Shown here one piece after another: positions 19,001 to 27,630 of a stretch of DNA of 64,000 nt. The notes beneath the pieces were generated by a model. The model was not told where the DNA came from. It worked only from the letters and a program-made list of their open reading frames with translations, and ran no database searches. The stretch comes from a virus. Its lineage: Duplodnaviria; Caudoviricetes. Position 1 is the stretch's first letter. The number at the start of each line of letters is the position of its first letter. The position numbers and the translations under genes are program-made. Location: the IMG/VR virus record IMGVR_UViG_2509276064_000002, positions 9,471 through 73,470 of that record; one strand, written 5' to 3'.

Positions 19001-22000
19001 GCGGTGGGCCAGAATGTCGCGCAGCTTCACCTCGCTCTCAGTGACCGCGAGCTGCTGTTCAGCGATGTCAAGCGGACGGCGGGCCAAGTCTCGAGCCTGG
19101 GCCTCCATCTGGGCCTGTTTCTGGAGGCGCTCGCTCATAAGCGCGTTGATGACTGCCTCGCCATCAGCGTTCTCCTGGGCAAGGCCAATTCGCCGGTCAA
19201 TGTCCGCGATTTCCTGCGCCGTATAAGCGAGGCGGTCCTGCAACCCACGGGTGACAGCTGCATCACTGCGGGCGATGGCCTGCTCGTAGTCCAGTTCGGC
19301 ACCCGTCAGCGAGAGGCGAGAGGCAAGGAGTGCGTCTACCGCAGCGCGTTCGTCGTCCTCCAACCTCGTGATGCTCTCCTGAAGGCCGGCGCGGCGCTCG
19401 GTGAGCTCGTTGATGCGCTCATATGTGGCCCCGTTTGCCTGAGCATTGGCGAGCTCCGAGTCAGTCACCGCAAGGCGTTCCTGATCGAAGCGCAGGAGGT
19501 CAGCACGTGCACGGGTGCGCGCCTCATCTCCCTTGGCCAGATCCAGGGTGGTTTGAAGCTGACTGCGTTGGGTAGCAACCTGCTGCTGTGCCCGTTGCCG
19601 GTCGTCGTCGCCGTACTGTTTGAGGTTGTCCCGGAGGGTGAGCTGCTCGCGCTCCAGAGCAAGGATGTCTTCCTGGGTACCCCCCGTCGCTCGCAGGGTT
19701 GCCAGTTCCTGGTCAATGGCGGCGAGGCGGTTCTGATCGATGTTCAGAAGATGGGCGCGGGCAGTAGCACGGCCTTTCTCCGTGCTTGCCAGGTTCAGTT
19801 GAGAGACAGCTTCTTCCCGGGCATAGTCGCGGGCATCCTTGATGCGGTTCTTGATGAGTTCCAGGACCCGGGCGCGCTCCTGGTCATTCCCGGCCAGGTT
19901 CTGCTGGATGGTGTCCTGCTGGCCTTCCAGCTCGGTGCGCTGGCCTTCCAGTTGCCCGCGCTCCTGTGGGGTCTTCGCCTTTTTAAGGGCTGCGTCAATC
20001 CGCCTCAGACCCTCGTTCGTTTGGAAGAGGCGGTTGTTCCAGTACTGATGATCGACGGCGAGGGCCTGCTGGTAACCCGCTGTGTCAACGTTCTTCCCGG
20101 CCTCAAAGCGGGTCTTCGCGAGCTTCAAGGCCGCTGCTTCTGCATCGTCTTGCTGCTTGCGGTAGAAGGCCTGGTCAGCCTGCAGCACGGCGACGTTGCG
20201 ACGGGCATTTGCGTCCTGCACGATGCCGTTCAGGTCATTCATGCGGGACTGCATCTGGCGCCCCGCGTCCCCCAACTGTTGCTGTGGGGTCAGCTTGGCA
20301 AAGCTCTTCTGGAGGTCGGCGATCTCTTTGTTGGCTCCCTTCAGAATCTCGTTGAAGGGAGAGGCGGCCGAGGAACGCGCCTTGCCCAGCGCCGTCTGAT
20401 CGATCCCCGCCAGACGGTCCCGCAGCTCCAGGGCCCGGTCGCTGCTGTCGGAGAGCTGATGCGCAAAGTCACGGGCATTCTCGCTGGCCTGCTTCGTGAT
20501 GGTTTCGAGGGCCGAATCAATGGCCGCCACCTTGCCACCGTCGCCTGATGCCAGGGCCTTCGCGCGCTCGGCTTGTAGGGTGCGTCCCAAGGACGCAATT
20601 TCCCTTCCGGTGGCGTCCTCCAGGCCCTCCAGGCGTTTGGCGAGGCTCTCCTTGTAGATGGTCAGGCGTTCTTCCTGAACACGCTTGTCCTGTGCCAGGA
20701 GAGCCGTGCCCAATTCGGCCTGCTGGCTGAGTTCGAGGTTGCCGAGATTGGTCAGGTACTTCTGGCGGGCCGCTGTTTCCAGCTCGCCACGTCGGTTACC
20801 AGCGGTTTCCGCTTGTTTGAGTTCCTGATCAAGGGTCTGCTTGAGGGCCGCACGCTGGGCCTCTCCACTGACCCGGATGCGCTCCTGCTCCATCTGCGCG
20901 AGGACGGGTCCGTAGTGCTCCTCAATGGCCAGTTTCGCCTGGACGTTCTCGCCGGCCAGCGCGAGGTCCCGGTCACGTTCCTGCTCGACCAGTCGGATGC
21001 GAGCAGCGCTACCCGTTGCCTGGGCTTCAAGCACCTGCTGCTGAGCCGCGCGAACGCTCCGCAGCCGCTCCTGGTCAATCTCAACCAGATCTTGGTTCCC
21101 CTTGCGCTGAATGGCTGCGACTTCTTCGGCCTGCTTGCGCTGGAGCTCGCCAGCGTTTTCCTGGAACTGGCGGCGCGCCGCGGGGGTGGGGGCGCTTTTC
21201 GCGTTCTGAAGGGCGGTCTTGATCTCCTCGCCGTAAGCCTTCTTAACGTCGTCCACCTGGCGCTGCAATTCGACCTGGCGGCGTTGCCGGCCATCTTTCA
21301 CCAAGGCAAGCTGGGCATCTTGGACGGCTCGCTCGTGCTTGATGCGGGTCTCGCCATCCTCTTTAAGCTGGCGGTCGGTGATGCCCTGGAGAATGGCTCC
21401 CTGATCGGTTTGGGCACGCTTTTTAAGGGCTGCCCCCTGGAGCGGAGTGAGTTCACCCTTCTCCAGGAGCTTATCGACTTCTTTGTTGAAGTCGGCGAGG
21501 CTCTTGCGGGCGTCCTGCAAATTCTTCTGGAAAGTGGTTGTGCCGCTCTCGCTGAACTTCGTTTTCAGATCGTCGAGTTTCTGGAGAAGACCGTCATAGG
21601 CTTCGGTCTGTTCAGCAGTCGCCGCAACGTCCGTTCTCTTGCTTTTTGAGGCCGCGAGGCGTGCCGCTTCGGCGTCTGTCTCGGCCTGAATCTCTTTTTT
21701 CAATCCAAGGAGGCGTGCATCAAGCTCCTTGTTGCGCTCGTCGCTGTTCTCGAAGTTGTAACGAAGGTTGATGGTGAGGAGCTGGTTGGCTTTCAGGTTG
21801 CCGAGCTTGCCCTGGCCACGCAGTTCCTTGACGCGGGCCATCATCCCTTCGAACTGATCCTCCAAGACCTTTTCAGTCTGATCTACGATAGCTCGTGTAT
21901 CCGCAGAGAACTTAAGCGCATATGCAGCTAAGCCCCCTGCCAGAAGGGCAATACCTGCTAATGCGGATGCGGCGGCAACGGGAATAGCATTTAACGCGCC

Positions 22001-23740
22001 GACGAATCCAATAACTCCTCCGGTATTGAAGCCAATGGCACTAGCCAGCGCCACAGCCCGTAAGCCTGCCGCCACCTTCGTAAAGAGTTGCGCGGCAACC
22101 GAAGCGCGATATAGGGCCACCAAGCCAGCAAAACTGGAATCAGCCAGGAGCAGCCGAGCTGCTTGGCCGTTCAAAATCATGGCAGTAGTAATAGCACCAA
22201 AGCCAACGACCAAGGCGGTTGCATAAGCCTTAAATGTTTCTCGATTATTTAGCAGTAGGTCCATTTGGCGGACCAATTTAGCTATGGAATCAATAGTGTT
22301 GCCCAGCTTTGAGCTAAACTGCTGCGCGAAAGTTAGTGCCAAATCATCAACGGCGTTGCGCAATCTTTCTGTTGCTTTCCCTGCGCCTTCCGTCATAGCT
22401 TTCGCGTACTGGTTTAATGCTCCTTCTCCTTCTTTCAAGGCGTTATTGTATTTTTCTACACTATCTCTCATATTAAGGAAGCCGACGATTCCTCTAGAGC
22501 GAAAAATCTTACTGGCCGCTTCTACGCTATCCGCTTGACGAATAGTCGCCTGAGTTGCCGAGTCGTAAGAATCACCAGATACGGCAGCTGCCTTGCGTAA
22601 ATCAATTAAGATGTCACGCACATTACGGGCAGAGCCATCCGCATTCTTCATTTCAACGCCGAGCTTTTTAATTTCCTGGCTCGCAACACCCGTAGGGCTG
22701 GCCAGAGCCAACAAAACAGCTCTAAATGCGTTTGCTCCAATCGTACTTGCTTTGAGCCCAGTATTATCCAAGGCAACCAAATTTGCAGTCGTCTCTTCGA
22801 TCGAGAATCCAGCACGAGCAGCTATTGGCCCCACAACGGATAACCCCTGCTGTAATTCTTTGGCTCCTGATGCTGCAAGCAGTGATCCCTTTGCAAATAC
22901 ATCGCCAAAATGCGCTGCTTCCGCTGCGGCTTTTGGGCCATCCAGGCCAAACTGGCGTAGGTTCGCAAGAAGCAGACTGCTGCTTTCTGTGAGCGACTGC
23001 CCCTCCGCTGCTGCCAATTTGTAGCTAGTGGCTACCAGTTTTATAGCATCAGCTTCTGCCAGCCCTTGTTTTGTCAGGTCCGCAATGCCTGTTCCCAGCT
23101 CAGCCCGATTGAATTGTTGCGCAACTCTACCGCCTTGAGATTGGAGCAGCCGCACGCGAGCATCAAGGCCATTCCCAAGACCTTCGCCTTGAGCATTCAA
23201 AGTGTTTACGGCTGCTTGAAAATCATTGAGCTGCTTGATGCCGTGAGAAGCCAAACTGGCCGCCGCTACCCCAATAGCCGCCAGTCCCCCAACCAGAGCA
23301 AACGAGCCTACTGTATTAAGCCGTTGAGCAGTCGTCAGTCCATTGAGGGCCACCGTAGCCGTACTTGCCGCCGATGCGAATAATCCGAGCGGTCCAGGGA
23401 TGAAGGCGAACACGCCCGAGAGGCGCTGCGACATACCCAGATTGGCTCCCGCGGCTGCCGTGAGGCGCATGACGCTGCGCTCAGTGTTCAAGAGGGCCGC
23501 AGAGGCTGCGGGGAGGCCAGGAGTGGCCATGCGGAGGGTGATGGTGCGGGTATTGGTCCCGCCTAGGCTGCCGAGCTGTGCGCGGAGAGCGGCGACCTGG
23601 GAGAGGGCACGCGTTATGCCGCTGGTGTTCAAACTGATGTTACGCACTGCGGCTAGGCGGGTTAGTTCGGTATCAACGCGGCCTAATTGCACAAGGGCGT
23701 TGTTGACATCGAGGAGATAGGTGTCTTGCAAGGTAGCCAT
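16031..23740 (-). CDS. Tail tape measure protein (TP901-like core), 2569 aa
   Basis: SD aaaggagg; TP901-type N-terminal core, hydrophobic segment, long Ala/Gln/Glu/Leu helical repeats. Confidence 0.9.
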   Translation of the reverse strand: MATLQDTYLLDVNNALVQLGRVDTELTRLAAVRNISLNTSGITRALSQVAALRAQLGSLGGTNTRTITLRMATPGLPAASAALLNTERSVMRLTAAAGANLGMSQRLSGVFAFIPGPLGLFASAASTATVALNGLTTAQRLNTVGSFALVGGLAAIGVAAASLASHGIKQLNDFQAAVNTLNAQGEGLGNGLDARVRLLQSQGGRVAQQFNRAELGTGIADLTKQGLAEADAIKLVATSYKLAAAEGQSLTESSSLLLANLRQFGLDGPKAAAEAAHFGDVFAKGSLLAASGAKELQQGLSVVGPIAARAGFSIEETTANLVALDNTGLKASTIGANAFRAVLLALASPTGVASQEIKKLGVEMKNADGSARNVRDILIDLRKAAAVSGDSYDSATQATIRQADSVEAASKIFRSRGIVGFLNMRDSVEKYNNALKEGEGALNQYAKAMTEGAGKATERLRNAVDDLALTFAQQFSSKLGNTIDSIAKLVRQMDLLLNNRETFKAYATALVVGFGAITTAMILNGQAARLLLADSSFAGLVALYRASVAAQLFTKVAAGLRAVALASAIGFNTGGVIGFVGALNAIPVAAASALAGIALLAGGLAAYALKFSADTRAIVDQTEKVLEDQFEGMMARVKELRGQGKLGNLKANQLLTINLRYNFENSDERNKELDARLLGLKKEIQAETDAEAARLAASKSKRTDVAATAEQTEAYDGLLQKLDDLKTKFSESGTTTFQKNLQDARKSLADFNKEVDKLLEKGELTPLQGAALKKRAQTDQGAILQGITDRQLKEDGETRIKHERAVQDAQLALVKDGRQRRQVELQRQVDDVKKAYGEEIKTALQNAKSAPTPAARRQFQENAGELQRKQAEEVAAIQRKGNQDLVEIDQERLRSVRAAQQQVLEAQATGSAARIRLVEQERDRDLALAGENVQAKLAIEEHYGPVLAQMEQERIRVSGEAQRAALKQTLDQELKQAETAGNRRGELETAARQKYLTNLGNLELSQQAELGTALLAQDKRVQEERLTIYKESLAKRLEGLEDATGREIASLGRTLQAERAKALASGDGGKVAAIDSALETITKQASENARDFAHQLSDSSDRALELRDRLAGIDQTALGKARSSAASPFNEILKGANKEIADLQKSFAKLTPQQQLGDAGRQMQSRMNDLNGIVQDANARRNVAVLQADQAFYRKQQDDAEAAALKLAKTRFEAGKNVDTAGYQQALAVDHQYWNNRLFQTNEGLRRIDAALKKAKTPQERGQLEGQRTELEGQQDTIQQNLAGNDQERARVLELIKNRIKDARDYAREEAVSQLNLASTEKGRATARAHLLNIDQNRLAAIDQELATLRATGGTQEDILALEREQLTLRDNLKQYGDDDRQRAQQQVATQRSQLQTTLDLAKGDEARTRARADLLRFDQERLAVTDSELANAQANGATYERINELTERRAGLQESITRLEDDERAAVDALLASRLSLTGAELDYEQAIARSDAAVTRGLQDRLAYTAQEIADIDRRIGLAQENADGEAVINALMSERLQKQAQMEAQARDLARRPLDIAEQQLAVTESEVKLRDILAHRAGDALLSAQRNLEVTRDSIKSLQARINKEGEGALSDEERRQAQVKLNELLGQEQQERDAIVEAQFAQRAAQDDLLQSQVKLADALARVGDNAVVVAARNLSATQQSIALLRQRLAVEGDGQLVGDARTKAQTELNGLLTTEIEQRRALARAPLELAAEQLSLLESQVKLRDTLAGLDDNAVLSAQRQLQATRDEISLQQQRLAASGDAALSPEERVKAQEKLNGLLATEVQQRRAVAQAELDQAARQRSILDSEVKLATLLAGQDDGVTTARQDLEALERQLVAQRDLVANGERLGRTAEQRLQDQERLVQLETDEVAKVRAVGAALRGQADQARQLVDAQDRLSRARAGQDDAVSGARAELEGIQRQLVQARRNLLDSTLTPQQRVETERQIVDLQTSEVEGYRKIVDAQQESFRKDQQREVQARRLALTRSRLADDPVAIARLELLDTQQQLAFEREVERTASTVERQRAAADRISGLLQQEEDGVRKLGSAYVEAAQRSVDMIGARRKAELELAGLADDAVLSAQLELDVTTRQLGLDQDRLKRADELHLTLREREDLELRIEQTQARQVTQERSLLLAERERVRVLESLSDSTRNLRLESATPSDNPVTEATRRLEEATTIRARAQRTLQEAQADLLANPMDPKRIDALKAAQDGYTSAISGSRKAVEGLSSAYREQLGLITGVQEATQRLANSVQPTPEGQKPKIDTNLEIDRFQAIQERRNAAFQRLQAAMRTGDDKLITKALNDFNPLDERIRKQQALLKDAGISVSLDNELPIKDLLKQLERRGVQQEREATQLEQQAAIADQNSKTVDQFGQFSASFGESVQRLIESQQEAQATPPASPSPTPAAPSLPTPGPTTYTFDGQTFYTAEALEAYKREWYRRNNPQYYFNQDAIARAAIKPADVQQAVTALVQDVLSATVPRRDSGVPSGDINSVSNIRNVTYNDEVNIGPVTVVAAPGESPEQLYDKIQSVARTRKRRTGDC

Positions 23741-23759
23741 TTAGCACCTCCTTTCGGGG

Positions 23760-23785
23760 AATGAAAAGCCGCCCCGAAGGGCGGT
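23760..23785 (-). terminator. Intrinsic terminator just upstream of the tape measure SD
   Basis: On minus: accgccc-ttcg-gggcggc-ttttcatt. Confidence 0.7.
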
Positions 23786-23845
23786 GATGTTGTTTTCTGG
23801 TCATGTTGTGCCACTCTTGTTAGGGGCAAAAGCTAAGGTAAAGCC

Positions 23846-24184
23846 ATGCTTGAACTGATGGTGGCCATCGTCCTTGGGACAACGATCTGGATGGGTTATG
23901 ACTCTGCGCAACACAAAATCGCTGTGGATAGTAAGCCTTACAGTGCCAACAACGGTGCTGCAGCCTGGGTCCTGAGCGGGATATTCCTCTGGATTGCAAC
24001 GTTCCCCTATTACCTCGTAAAACGCTCTCGGGCCGTCTCTAGTGGGTCCATTGCTGCTCCCCCTATTGCGCCCGCCCCTGCTCGCCCCCTCAGCGAGGAG
24101 TTGGCTGCCCTCTCAGACCTTCGTGCTGCCGGGAAAATCTCTGAGGCCGACTACGAACGCGCCAAATCCAAGCTCCTCAAATAA
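23846..24184 (+). CDS. Membrane protein with C-terminal SHOCT domain
   Basis: Two TMs; SEELAALSDLRAAGKISEADYERAKSKLL; TAAGGT 6 nt before ATG. Confidence 0.75.
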   Translation: MLELMVAIVLGTTIWMGYDSAQHKIAVDSKPYSANNGAAAWVLSGIFLWIATFPYYLVKRSRAVSSGSIAAPPIAPAPARPLSEELAALSDLRAAGKISEADYERAKSKLLK

Positions 24185-24207
24185 AGAAGCCCGCGCTAAG
24201 GCGGGCT
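24185..24207. terminator. Terminator between convergent SHOCT and HNH genes
   Basis: agcccgc-gctaag-gcgggct with A-tract on the left. Confidence 0.55.
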
Positions 24208-24212
24208 GCTGG

Positions 24213-24929
24213 CTATGGGACGGGGAAGCGATCAGGCATAAACTCCCAGGGCATTTTTGCGTTTTTAGAGAGGTTGCATGTGGCGCAAGCAGCAACAAGG
24301 TTTTCGGGGTAATTGGTGCCACCTCTTGCTAGAGGGATGAAGTGGTCTATATGCCAAGCCTCCCTCCCAAGCCTCTCCCCACAGTAAAAACAGCCGCCCC
24401 TTTGTTTTTTCATTATTAGATGTATATCCCAAGAAGTAAAACTACCAGGCGCAGCTAGCCGCCGTGCTCGATAGTTTTGCTCCCTTGCGCGGTATTTCTC
24501 AGGGTCTAATGCATAGTCGCGCGCCCGCCAAGCCTTTTGTCTGAGACGGCCCCTCTCTGTATGATTGGCCTTTCTATATAATTCCCTTGATTTATTTATA
24601 TTAGCAGCACGCCATGAGGCAGACTTCTTGCGTCGTACAATTTGCACTCGGTCCCGCAGAGTCGGGTCACCAAGCATCGCCTCCTTAAGAGCTTCGTACC
24701 GCCGCTTCTTGTAAACCAGACGTTCCGCCCGATATTTGGCATGTGCGGCACGGTTGCCAGCGCGCACCGCCTCTCGGTTGCTAGCTGAGTACTTCTGCTG
24801 CTTGGTCCTGAAGCATGATTTGCAATAAGAATGCAAGCCCAATCGATCCTTTTTGTTTCCATAAAAAAATTCGCGAGTGGCAAGCTTCTCCTCCCCACAC
24901 TTCGTGCAACGCCGCACCTCAGGAGTCAC
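24213..24929 (-). CDS. HNH endonuclease with N-terminal Zn finger
   Basis: CTKC..CKSC; CFYC...IDHFIPLARGGTNYPENLVAACATCN. Confidence 0.9.
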   Translation of the reverse strand: MTPEVRRCTKCGEEKLATREFFYGNKKDRLGLHSYCKSCFRTKQQKYSASNREAVRAGNRAAHAKYRAERLVYKKRRYEALKEAMLGDPTLRDRVQIVRRKKSASWRAANINKSRELYRKANHTERGRLRQKAWRARDYALDPEKYRAREQNYRARRLAAPGSFTSWDIHLIMKKQRGGCFYCGERLGREAWHIDHFIPLARGGTNYPENLVAACATCNLSKNAKMPWEFMPDRFPVP

Positions 24930-25242
24930 GCTTGCACCCGACCTCGAACCGTGCGGGCCGGAACTCCCAGGGGAACTTATCGGCCTTCTCCCGGTTGCAC
25001 TCCGGGCAGGCGAGAACGATGTTTGACATGAAGTTGCTCCCTCCCCGGCTCAGCGGTACGAAGTGATCTACTTGATACTTACGCTTCCCAACCCAATCCA
25101 GTTTCTCCCCGCAGTAATGACAGAGCCCTTTCTGCTTATCAAGCCGCATCTGCACATCCCACTTGTCGAAGCTGCCCCGCGCGCCGTACTTCACAGCCCG
25201 GCGTTTGTGCTTGCTCCGGTAGGCATCGTTACTCCTGAGCAT
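24919..25242 (-). CDS. HNH endonuclease
   Basis: CHYC...VDHFVPLSRGGSNFMSNIVLACPECN. Confidence 0.85.
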   Translation of the reverse strand: MLRSNDAYRSKHKRRAVKYGARGSFDKWDVQMRLDKQKGLCHYCGEKLDWVGKRKYQVDHFVPLSRGGSNFMSNIVLACPECNREKADKFPWEFRPARFEVGCKRDS

Positions 25243-25987
25243 GGATCACCCCGTAGATGACCTGCACAGCGTGCTTGCAAGCCTGATACGCCTCCTTGTG
25301 GTCACTGGGCTGTTTGGCAATTAGGACGGCAGCCAATTTGCTTTCCAGCCAGCGCACGTCTGCGAGCTGCGCTTGGCTGAAGTGGTCGCGGATAGGTGCC
25401 GACTTCTTTAGGCCGTGCGCCTCGCGGTACTCGGCTGGGCTGCGTCCGATGACAGCGCGGGTCACGAGCTTGCTCACGTTCTCGATCAGGCGGTTCTCTG
25501 GGGCGTGCCAAACATGCAGCACGTCCATGAGTTCGGCCCGGCCAGCTTTGACGGCGGCTCTCGCAGCCAGCCAAGCGGCATCAGCAGCATTCGTGTTCCT
25601 CTGCAACACTTCATCGGCCAACGTGATGTCGCCTTGGCGGTAGCGCTGGATGAGCAACTTCACCCACTTCTTGAAGGGGCGGGCCTGTTCCAGTTCGCTG
25701 CCCATGATGAGGCCATAGACCCCGACTTCGGAGATGACTACAACTTCTTGGGTATGGCGGGCGCGGGATGTGATGGCGGTATCTGAGGCCCTGTTTTGGG
25801 GCGTCACATGGAGGCGAACAGTCGTCTTTTCGTCGGCATCCACATGAGCGGCCAGGGCGTTGCGGGGCTTCTTGTAACCGAGGGCCTGGGCCACATCACG
25901 CCCAACGAACCAGAGTTCACCGTCGCGCTCCACGGTCCTGAGTGGGCTGCCTTCAAAAATCGGGGTTGCCAGTATTGGTAGGTGCAT
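25229..25987 (-). CDS. BRO-N domain phage antirepressor-like protein
   Basis: FEGSPLRTVERDGELWFVGRDVAQALGY, ISEVGVYGLI, ARPFKKWV. Confidence 0.85.
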   Translation of the reverse strand: MHLPILATPIFEGSPLRTVERDGELWFVGRDVAQALGYKKPRNALAAHVDADEKTTVRLHVTPQNRASDTAITSRARHTQEVVVISEVGVYGLIMGSELEQARPFKKWVKLLIQRYRQGDITLADEVLQRNTNAADAAWLAARAAVKAGRAELMDVLHVWHAPENRLIENVSKLVTRAVIGRSPAEYREAHGLKKSAPIRDHFSQAQLADVRWLESKLAAVLIAKQPSDHKEAYQACKHAVQVIYGVIHAQE

Positions 25988-26061
25988 AGACCCTCCCGCC
26001 TGAGTCGGCGCAGGTAAGGGGCGCACCCGTGTGTTTCAACGGGTGCTGCCGGTTTACTTAC

Positions 26062-26391
26062 TCAGGCTGCGAGGCGGAAGGGTTGAACTCCCTCCTGAGC
26101 GAGCGTCCCCGCCTTGTACTCATCGAGCAACTTCCCGCCGATCTGGCCCAGTTGCTCGCTCAAATCAATGATTCCGGGGCTGGTTCCCCAGATACCGACC
26201 CACGCCTCAACCGCCAACCGCACCTGGGCTTCCAACTGGAAATACGCAGTGTCGTAGAGGGCATAACGCTGGGCGCACCGAGGGCAGTAATGCTCAACGT
26301 GGCCCTCCCGGTGGTGGTAAATCACGCCATTGGGAGTACCGCAGGAATCGCACTTGCGGTAAAGGGGGGCGGTCGCCGCCTCCCCATTCAC
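26062..26391 (-). CDS. CxxC-CxxC zinc-finger hypothetical protein
   Basis: GTGA overlap with upstream gene; CDSC...CPRC. Confidence 0.6.
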   Translation of the reverse strand: MNGEAATAPLYRKCDSCGTPNGVIYHHREGHVEHYCPRCAQRYALYDTAYFQLEAQVRLAVEAWVGIWGTSPGIIDLSEQLGQIGGKLLDEYKAGTLAQEGVQPFRLAA

Positions 26392-26606
26392 GCGACCATC
26401 TCCAAGCTCTTGCCGTTGGTGCTCATGAAGCGAACCTGGGCGCTGTGCCGGTAGGTCATGAGGTTCGCCCGGTAACGCCCGCAGGCGTACTCGGTGATGA
26501 AGCCCCGGCTGAAAGGGTTCTCCTGGCGTACCCAAACCCGGCCATCTGCCGTCGTGATGGTGTCGGGCGTCGGAACTTTGTCAGTGCTGCTAGCGTACTC
26601 TTGCAT
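26388..26606 (-). CDS. Small protein, paralog of 59843-60094
   Basis: TITTADG..W....PF....Y.CG...ANL...R....VRF....GK.L shared with that gene. Confidence 0.7.
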   Translation of the reverse strand: MQEYASSTDKVPTPDTITTADGRVWVRQENPFSRGFITEYACGRYRANLMTYRHSAQVRFMSTNGKSLEMVA

Positions 26607-26675
26607 TGATCCACTTCCTTACAGGGATTCCAAGAAGGCCTTGCTTCCTAGGGCGTTCGCCTTCTTGGTATCCAT

Positions 26676-26718
26676 ATATTACCAGCCCTCTGGTAATAGT
26701 GCAAGAGGTCTGGTAATA
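26676..26718 (-). promoter_or_regulatory. Leftward sigma70-like promoter with operator palindrome in the spacer
   Basis: TTGCAC-17-TAATAT on minus; TATTACCAG-ccct-CTGGTAATA at 26677-26698; extra half-site 26710-26718. Confidence 0.7.
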
Positions 26719-26751
26719 TTTCCTTAGGGCCGGAGAGCCCACACTAGGAGG

Positions 26752-26976
26752 GTGATCGTGCGCTGGAAGGTAAAAGAGTTTTTGGACAGCAACAACAAGA
26801 CCGCATACGCGCTATGGAAGGCATCAGGGCTGTCACGCACAACTACCTATGCCATCGCACAGGGCGATATGGAGGGCGTGCAATTTGACACCCTGAGCAA
26901 GTTAGTGGAGGGATTGGAGAAATTAACAGGTAAGCGTGTGGAGATAGGCGATCTCTTGGAAGTGGTGCGGCCATGA
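26752..26976 (+). CDS. Cro/C1-type HTH (HTH_26-like) regulator (start may be GTG 26758)
   Basis: TAYALWKASGLSRTTTYAIAQG...VQFDTLSKL...IGDLLE. Confidence 0.85.
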   Translation: MIVRWKVKEFLDSNNKTAYALWKASGLSRTTTYAIAQGDMEGVQFDTLSKLVEGLEKLTGKRVEIGDLLEVVRP

Positions 26977-27506
26977 CCCAGTTCGTCTATGTGCTGGAAG
27001 ACAAGAACACGCACCTACTCAAGATCGGAATTTCCCTTGACCCTGAATTTCGCGCCAAGCAGGTTGGTAAAGAATTTGGAACTGATGTGGTGGTGGCTGG
27101 CGTATTGAAAGTGGACGATGCCCGCCGCACAGAGCAGTTTCTTCATAGCATGTTCTCCGAGCGCCGAGTGGTTGGGGAATGGTTTGAGTTGACAGAGAAG
27201 CAAAAGGGCTATCTGCTGGCCTACTTTATTGACAAGCCTCAAAAGAGAGATGCCCGAGGCACAAAGGCCCCTCCAAAGCGGCGTCCGCCCGCGCTGCCCC
27301 GTAGAACGGATTTTGCTCTTCAGAAACTTCAAGGGGGGAGCTGGAGCATCCTTACACCCGATGGAATGGTGGGGAGTGTGCAACTCAAAGAAGGGGGCAA
27401 CTCTTTGGGCTTGGAGATTAAGAGCAGGGAGCAGATCGAAGCCTTGCGAGGCATCCTTGACGCCCTAGACCTCGAACTCGTCGCCGTCCCCAAAAAAAAC
27501 GTGTGA
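26973..27506 (+). CDS. GIY-YIG / T5orf172-like domain protein
   Basis: FVYVL...LKIGIS..P..R...E..LH..F..RRVVGEWF. Confidence 0.8.
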   Translation: MTQFVYVLEDKNTHLLKIGISLDPEFRAKQVGKEFGTDVVVAGVLKVDDARRTEQFLHSMFSERRVVGEWFELTEKQKGYLLAYFIDKPQKRDARGTKAPPKRRPPALPRRTDFALQKLQGGSWSILTPDGMVGSVQLKEGGNSLGLEIKSREQIEALRGILDALDLELVAVPKKNV

Positions 27507-27581
27507 CCTTACAGGTGTGAGACATCCCTTTACTGGATTGTCGCGCGCTGAGACGCTATTGCCATTGTCCCCCTACAATTA

Positions 27582-27612
27582 CAAAAAGTGGCTCCCGCAA
27601 TTACTGCGGGAG
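27582..27612 (-). terminator. Terminator after the S8 peptidase gene
   Basis: ctcccgca-attac-tgcgggag with A-tract on the left. Confidence 0.6.
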
Positions 27613-27630
27613 ATTTCTCTAATTCAATAA

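Noticed and set aside
16125-23720. Long plus-strand ORFs (e.g. 17390-18781, 18836-20548) opposite the tape measure gene
   Set aside because: Shadow frames of a GC-rich gene; no SD, no motifs, implausible composition
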